A stretch of 64,000 nt of DNA from Octopus vulgaris (lineage: Eukaryota): assembly GCA_951406725.2 (NCBI GenBank), contig OX597815.1:95294001-95358000 (forward strand), read 5' to 3'. Positions 56,831 through 64,000 of the stretch are shown here, one piece after another. Below the pieces are notes generated by a model that saw nothing but the letters and a program-made list of their open reading frames with translations, searched no databases and had not been told where the DNA came from. Each line of letters opens with the position of its first letter. Position 1 is the first letter of the stretch. A program made the position numbers and the translations under genes.

Positions 56831-56833
<3 letters not shown>
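56277..56833 (-). mobile_element. ~555-bp non-coding repeat inserted in (TAA)n
   Basis: Pure (TTA)n on both sides; a partial diverged copy lies inverted at 56999-57420. Strand inferred. Confidence 0.7.
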
Positions 56834-56908
<75 letters not shown>

Positions 56909-56913
<5 letters not shown>

Positions 56914-56983
56914 TCACTGCCGGGAATCTAATTCGGAATCTTGGCGTTAGTAGCTGATGCTCTTAACCACTACACCATATGCC
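56909..56983 (-). other. tRNA-like Pol III head (pseudo-tRNA)
   Basis: GGCATATGGTGTAGTGGTTAAGAGC (A-box/D-arm) ... GAATTAGATTCC (eroded B-box); ~75 nt. Confidence 0.7.
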
Positions 56984-59486
56984 TACCGGCATATGGCATC
57001 TTGGTATAAAAAATGGGCTGCAGCAAATATTCTGCTTAATACCACAGATTTGCATGTCAGTTGTCTGACCATAACCAGTTGACCATGTCGCTTTTATGGC
57101 TGACGATATGTGCTTCTCTGATCACGAGCAGGAGTAGTGGGGGAGCATCATAGCTGTGTGTTGAAAGGAATTCTTAAAGGTTTGGATAATTCACCTTTGG
57201 TTTCATGGATGGTTCGTTAGACATCCTTAAACAATCCTTATTCACGGATCTTTTGAGTGGGATGGTATACTCGACCGGAAGAAAATTCTAACTAGGCTCC
57301 ACCTGCAAGGTCATGCATTGTTTATGTTGATATGAGGCCATCATGTCGCTCACATATGGCTGTGATGCATGTACGTGGTGTACCCTTATCAGACGGGTAG
57401 TCATGATGGATATAATGGGCTAATAATGATAATAATAACAAACATCGAAACATACCTTACGAATGAGAATACAGGTTCGAAATTTCAACAGGACACCTGA
57501 TGAAGGCTGGAGGGTATATGAGACGAAACTCTAACAACGAACAAGATGAGGAAAAATATCCGTCAATTGTAAATAATGTATATATGAACATATCTTCATT
57601 TTTACTGACCATGCCGCTCTTCTTTACATTGTAAATTACAAAGAGAAAATTTCGTATGAATACTTAGAGTTAAAGCAATGGTGTAACACAAACAATCACC
57701 CCCACCCAATGCTTATATATTAGTGGGTTGCTCGAAGAACAAGAAGAATGTAAACAACGTATCAAATCCTTCGAAGGTAATATATGTCCGATTATGCATT
57801 TTCGTTATCGGGGAACAGCTATTCCATTTAGACGATGCGATGCATGTTGATCACACATACGATTTTCTGCTGTATGAGGACTTGAGTCACTGTGTTGATT
57901 CCATCTCATTGCATGACACTTCCGTTCAAGCTTCCTCCGCCAGAAAAATGCTCTCGTTATATCCACTCGTCCGGTGGGGTAGCTCGATGCAGGCGACACA
58001 AAACTTTGTGATATCGTGGTGTCTCAAAGTAAGCTTACAGCGATAAACTGCGTGTGTTGTAAATACTCATCGTCGAAAGCGTGGTCTTATTCTATCACAA
58101 AAAAACAAAGGCAATCAGATATTCAAGTTCTAATCTGCATCAACTTATGTAAAGTGAATAGATACTGTGTTGTTCTTTTTCTTGTTTTTCTCCTTCTATA
58201 TTAATACACACACATATATACATACATGTTTGTGTGTATGTATATGTATATCTGGGGAAGCATCTGTGAATGTTTTGTATATATATGCTCATATGCGTTT
58301 GTGTTTCTATTCATATTGGTATATCATTTACGTATTTATGGAGATGCTATAAATCACTGTTTATTCCGGACTTGTATGTATATAATTAGGTTATGTACAC
58401 AATATCTGAAATGCCTTAGGTATCAGCAAAGTATCATTATTTCTAAATTGAAACAATTCAAAAGGAAGATCATCTAAATTCATTGCAATTTTACCATGCA
58501 TTCATTTGAGGAAATCATACGCCCTTAATAATTATACGGTAAAGTGTCATGTCTTAGAAGATTTATGAAAACATCTCTGATATCCTAAATTTAACAACCT
58601 ATGATGAACTGATGAAAACAGATTTTGATGCACTCTAAATTATTATGTTAGTTTGGGCATGATTTATTCTATCTCGGAAAATAAATAAGATGAGGTATGA
58701 AAAAATAAATATATCGAGTAATGTACAACATTTTATCTTCTGAAACCCTCTCCTCATATTATATAAATCCGTTAAGGCTGGAAGGTATTTATTAACATAT
58801 CCCATATGCCTTTTAATCGAAGAAAGTTCTGGAACACTTATGCTCCATTGAAAACTACTGAAACTATTGAAAACAATGATTCCGTAAACAACTATACGCA
58901 AAGATAGTCAAATGATTCGGCGCGTAGTTTATCGATATTTCCCAATGCACAAAATGCAATGGAACACTTTTCATACATTTATATCATACTTATTCATATC
59001 TATATATTTCCAATCATCCACGAAGAAACATGTACTTGTGAATACGTGCTCACCTAATATATTGAGAATAGCGACAATAAATGTGTGTATTTAGAATACT
59101 TGTTGCAGCTTATGTTACATGATATAAATATGTTTGGTAATAACGAAATGAAAATTTAAGTATATTTTTGACCAGGATCCGGCAAGAAAATTTCTGGTTT
59201 AAGAATACAAGAAAGTAGACATTAATATATATCCATACACCAGCAGAAGTGCAGAATTGAATACAGATACACACGCACGCACTAACGCACACACACACAC
59301 ACACACACACAGACACACACACACACACACATACATACATATACACGTACACGGATATATACATTTATGCGTATATGTATACTTGTACATCCAAGTTTAT
59401 ACGTATATGAGTGTCAGTATAGTGTATGTTCATATGTCTTTATATATATCTTTATGTGCATAAGTGCATATTATTTTATATATATA

Positions 59487-59546
<60 letters not shown>

Positions 59547-60274
59547 TATATTTATATACGAGGATCAGTTACTTATGATTTTATTCACTATAATCCCCTC
59601 TCAAATTCACACACTTGTTGCAGTCCTTCAGATTTTCTAACCCCTGTAAAGTAGCTCGGGCGTTTGGGCCTCCAATCATGCCTTTCGTGGTACTTTTAGA
59701 GCCAGGAACTTTTCAGTATGCCTCCTTACCTGAGAGCTCCATAGGTACTTATTGACTTACACATGTTTCACTGTCTACGTATGTTATGGGTTATATTTTC
59801 TCATTATCCTACATAGATTTATTGTATTATTGTTTATCAGTAAATCTTTCAAACCAGAATTTATTGTATATGGTACAGGTGAAGCGAAAATATAACATTT
59901 TAAAATTATATTTGTTGATAGATCTACTGACCTGAACAAAATATATACTATCTGAGGAAATTGCATATAGGTAACATATATATATTTTAATATTACAATA
60001 GTTTATTGAAATGAAACACCACGCACATTTAATTGTACACGCGAATCAGATTCTATAGCAAATAAGTATAGAAATGTTATCGTTATATTCAATAAACTTT
60101 GTTATATTACATTATTAAAATAACAATCATACCCCGTTCTATATGATATACTTGCAGATGTAGTTGTAAACACACAGACACACACACAAACACAAATACA
60201 CATACATAGAAATTGTAATACATGCATACATACAATGATATAAATATACTTATGAATATATATATATATATATA

Positions 60275-61860
60275 CAGTGGCGGCCAAAATGTTCAGAACG
60301 GCATTGTGTTCGTCAGAAAAGTAGATATAACTTTTTATCAAAGTTGTTTTATATTCTATAATTTTCACAGACAATAAATACGACATAATTTGTTATTGCC
60401 TGAGATTTTAGTGTAAATTGAGAGGATAATACAAAAGTTATGGATGATTTAGTGATTTACTGCAAAACCCATGGCGGCCAAAATGGTCAGAACGGTTGCT
60501 TTTACTCCGTGTTTTAGTATATTCAACCGGCGAACTCTAATGTTTTGAATTTGTTTACGTGACGGTTCGTTTACTAAACATTAGTAAGAATATTTGCAGT
60601 GTACTTTCTTAATATAATGCCACTTACTCCGTTACCAATTCGTCTGCAGATTATTAAGCTTCGAAGGAAGGATAATTTAAGTATTGGATCTATTGCAAAG
60701 ATTGTTAACAAGTCAAAAAGTGTTGTACACGGTATTCTTAAGGTCTACTATGATTGTGGTTCGTGTGAAGCAAGAAAGTTTACAGGTAGGCCAAGAAAAA
60801 CGACCAAGTGAGAAGATCGTGCTATGGTAAAGTTGGTTAAAAAAGAACAGATTTAAAACTGCCGCTGCTGTTTCTCGGAAAATGAGCATTGTATTGAAGA
60901 AAACTTTATCTCGAAAAACTGTGTCTCGTCGTTTAGTTGAACATGACCTACAATCAAGAGCACCTGCAGTGAAGCCACTGATCAGCACCAAGAATAAAAA
61001 GTGCCGTCTTACCTTTGCAACCGAATATGTGTTGTGGTCTCAAGAAAATGGCAAATTGTGCATTTCAGTGATGAATCTAAGTTTATGTTATTTGGCTCAG
61101 ATGGCAAAAGGTACGTCCGTAGAAAAGTAGGTGAAAACTTGTCGCCTAAATGCCTTAAGACTAGTGTTAAATTCGGTGGAGGAAGTGTCATGGTTTGGGG
61201 GATGATATCTGGAGATAGCGTGGGCTCTTTGGTTCGATTATATGGAAAGGTAAATGCAGGAGCTTATAAAAAACTTGTAGAAGATCATGTCTTGCCTGTG
61301 CTGAGAAATACAACTAAGCGACCACCCATATTCATGCAGGACAATGCCCCATGTCACAAGGCTAAGGTGATCATGAACTTCCTCAAGGCTGAAAAGGTTA
61401 TTGTTATGGATTGGCCTGCTCAAAGCCCAGATCTCAATCATATTGAAAATGTATGGAATATTCTAGGAGAGCGTTCGAAAGCCAGAAATCCTAAAACAAC
61501 TGAGCAATTATGGAATGCCCTTCAGGAAGAATGGAATAAGATCACCCAGCAAGAAATTGAAAATTTAATTTCCTCATGCAGTCGAAGATGTCAGAGTGCG
61601 ATTGAAGCTAAAGGGCTTCACACTAAATACGAAATAATTCCAGTATTCTCTGTCATTTTTGATTATTTTGTTATTTTTTCAAACGTTCTGATCATTTTGG
61701 CTGCCATGGGTTTTGCAGTAAATCACTAAATCATCTATAACTTTTGTATTATCGTCTCAAATTACACCAACATCTCAGACAATAACAATTAATATTGTAT
61801 TTATTGTCTGTGAAAATTATAGAATATAAAACTATTTTGATAAAGACTTATATCTACGTT
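60275..61860 (+). mobile_element. Tc1-family (DD34E) DNA transposon with IR/DR ends; right TIR truncated
   Basis: Left TIR 60275-60494 starts TA-CAGTG and has two direct repeats TGGCGGCCAAAATG(T/G)TCAGAACG; right TIR 61684-61860 lacks its outer ~45 bp. Confidence 0.93.
60617..61633 (+). pseudogene. Tc1 transposase, frameshifted
   Basis: HTH + GRPRKT; FSDESKF; KFGGGSVMVWG; QDNAPCH-(34 residues)-SPDLNHIE; ends HTKY with the stop apparently lost; split over three ORFs. Confidence 0.92.
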
Positions 61861-62230
61861 TCGTACTACATCATTTTATTAAATGTAAGTATTACAACAG
61901 ATTTAAGATGCTGAGTACTCATCAGCCAATTATAGAGATTTTCCATTAATACAAAAGTTTTCAAATCAAGTGGCAACATTATAGAGAAGGTAGATATACA
62001 GACATATACAGATATACAGAGTATATCAGCATCTTAAATCTGTTGTAATACTTACAACATTTAATAAAATGATGTAGTACGAAACGATTGTACCAAATTA
62101 CCGGACTCATTCTTGTTGCTTATTTTGATTATAATCACCCCACAAATTTTTATGAATAACACCATACGAAATACTGGTGCATCTAAATTAAATACCATAT
62201 TTATTTGATTCTAAATTTTTGCTGAACTTA
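61857..62230 (+). mobile_element. Short fold-back element (arms 61857-61920 / 62019-62086, plus tail), PLE-type architecture
   Basis: ~60-bp inverted repeat ending in GAAACG, with a 3' tail running into (TA)n. Confidence 0.65.
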
Positions 62231-62362
62231 TATATATATATATATATATATTTAAACATATGTATCACAATCTCATCTCTACTACGTAATGGTTGTGTCT
62301 ATATATCTATCTCTCTATCTACAATATATATATATGTGTGTATACATACATATATATGTGTA

Positions 62363-62422
<60 letters not shown>

Positions 62423-62454
62423 AAATACATGTATATATATAACTCAGAAAACTT

Positions 62455-63520
62455 AGATATGTTTCGATTAAAGGCTGGTCCAGGCCATATCTGCTTTAAT
62501 AGTACCACCTCATGGGATTAGCTAAATCTTTTTAAAGTCAAGTTTTGTGGTACCATGGGCCACTCGAGTAGGGTGTTCTTGTTGTGTGAGTTGTATTCAG
62601 GTAAGAGTGGCTTATCTGGAATTCCTTGAAGAAATGTGTCCAGGTTACGTTTAAAGATGATGTGATTCTCTTTTTTCTTTGATCTTTTTGGGGACAATGC
62701 TAGATAGGGAAGAGCCTGTAGGGCGAAAAGTAATTGTGTTGCACTGTCTTTCTGTGTTGGGTAGGGGACGTATGGCACGTGGTCCTACCCTTCGATGAAT
62801 TTTGAAGCTAATGTTGAGTTCGTTCGGGCAATGCTTGTGGTATAATCTCTATACAGTGCAAATGACGTATAGCTTACGACGGCACTGGAAAGAATATAGT
62901 TCCGGTGCATTAAAGCAATCCCAATAATTAAGATCAGTCATGCTCTTAATTCTTTTAGGGAAAGACATCTAGAGGTGATTCAGTTTCTTAAATGTTTTCT
63001 TTTGTATAGCAAGATGACAGGGGGCAGCGGTATTCGAGGTGTGGCCGTACAAAAAATGAGAAAAGAAGACTGATGACATCTTGTTCTCTGGATCGGAAGG
63101 TTCTTAGGATGCAGGAGCTCATCCTACGAGTTATATCGACGTTAATGTTGATGTGGATAATCTACCTGAGATTGTTATCAACAATTACTTCTAGGTTTGC
63201 GATATTATTAGATGCTATGAGTAGTTCCACGGAAGGAGGAGCGTATAGCTGTTTTAGTACAGACTTTCTTCCAAAATGCATCAGTTCAAATTTTCCCTCG
63301 TTTAGTCACATTTGGTTTTATCTACCCATTGATTCACATCATGTAGATCAGACTAGAGTTCAGTTCGTTCTTCTTCTTCATTCATAATTTTCTGGAGATT
63401 AGAGTCATCTGCGAATATTTTCATTTTGCTCTGCTTTACCACGGTGGAAAGTTCGTTTATATAGACTATAAAGAGAAGCGGGCCCAAGATAGTCCACCGA
63501 GGGAAACCACTGGTGACATT
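62455..63520 (-). mobile_element. Decayed CR1-group LINE 3' fragment
   Basis: [10 protein letters not shown]-like remnant of GVPQGxxLGP, ILRTFRSREQDV, RPHLEY, LDTFLQGIPDKP; related to 11232-12285. Confidence 0.8.
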
Positions 63521-63529
63521 TGACTAGTT

Positions 63530-63590
<61 letters not shown>

Positions 63591-63622
63591 GCATATGTGT
63601 ACATATACGTACGTATACATAA

Positions 63623-63739
<117 letters not shown>

Positions 63740-64000
63740 GACACAGGCACATAGATACACACACATATATAACGCAATTGTTAGAGATATTAAACAAAGC
63801 AAATTGAAAATTATTCTTTTCAGCACCAAGTTATCCACTAATAAACAGGTCATACTTCCCATGTAACATAAAATTTGAATCTATATATTGCATAGTTCAT
63901 GATCCACATGTTGAGCTGGCAACGTGTATGACACGTTCTTAGAAGCTAACCAGGCAGTTCAACTCATAATACTAGACTACATGAAATAAAATTTGAAAAA

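Overview
AT-rich, microsatellite-dense eukaryotic DNA. The repeat content resembles an octopus/coleoid cephalopod intron or intergenic region (inference, not a database result). No recognisable host protein-coding gene was found, and most ORF-track entries are translated (TA)n/(CA)n/(TAA)n. The window is a layered set of transposons: a cluster of (TAA)n-targeting R4/Dong non-LTR elements (1-7.6 kb), five Penelope-like element (PLE) coding remnants, one CR1-group LINE with an open 929-aa endonuclease+RT frame, two decayed CR1-group LINEs, a DD34E Tc1 element with IR/DR ends, several MITEs, tRNA-derived SINEs, Helitron-like elements, and gypsy and RTE remnants. The signal missed by the ORF track is a set of non-coding fold-back elements carrying type I hammerhead-ribozyme (HHR) motifs at 9.8-10.7, 26.9-27.2 and 56.0-57.6 kb (vestigially 61.9-62.2 kb), plus several solo HHR-like tails. 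The best candidate for an undescribed system is at 56.0-57.6 kb: a tRNA-like Pol III head + (AAT)n + HHR-bearing tail, arranged head-to-head, i.e. a possible ribozyme-carrying SINE mobilised by PLEs. All alignments and folds were done by eye.
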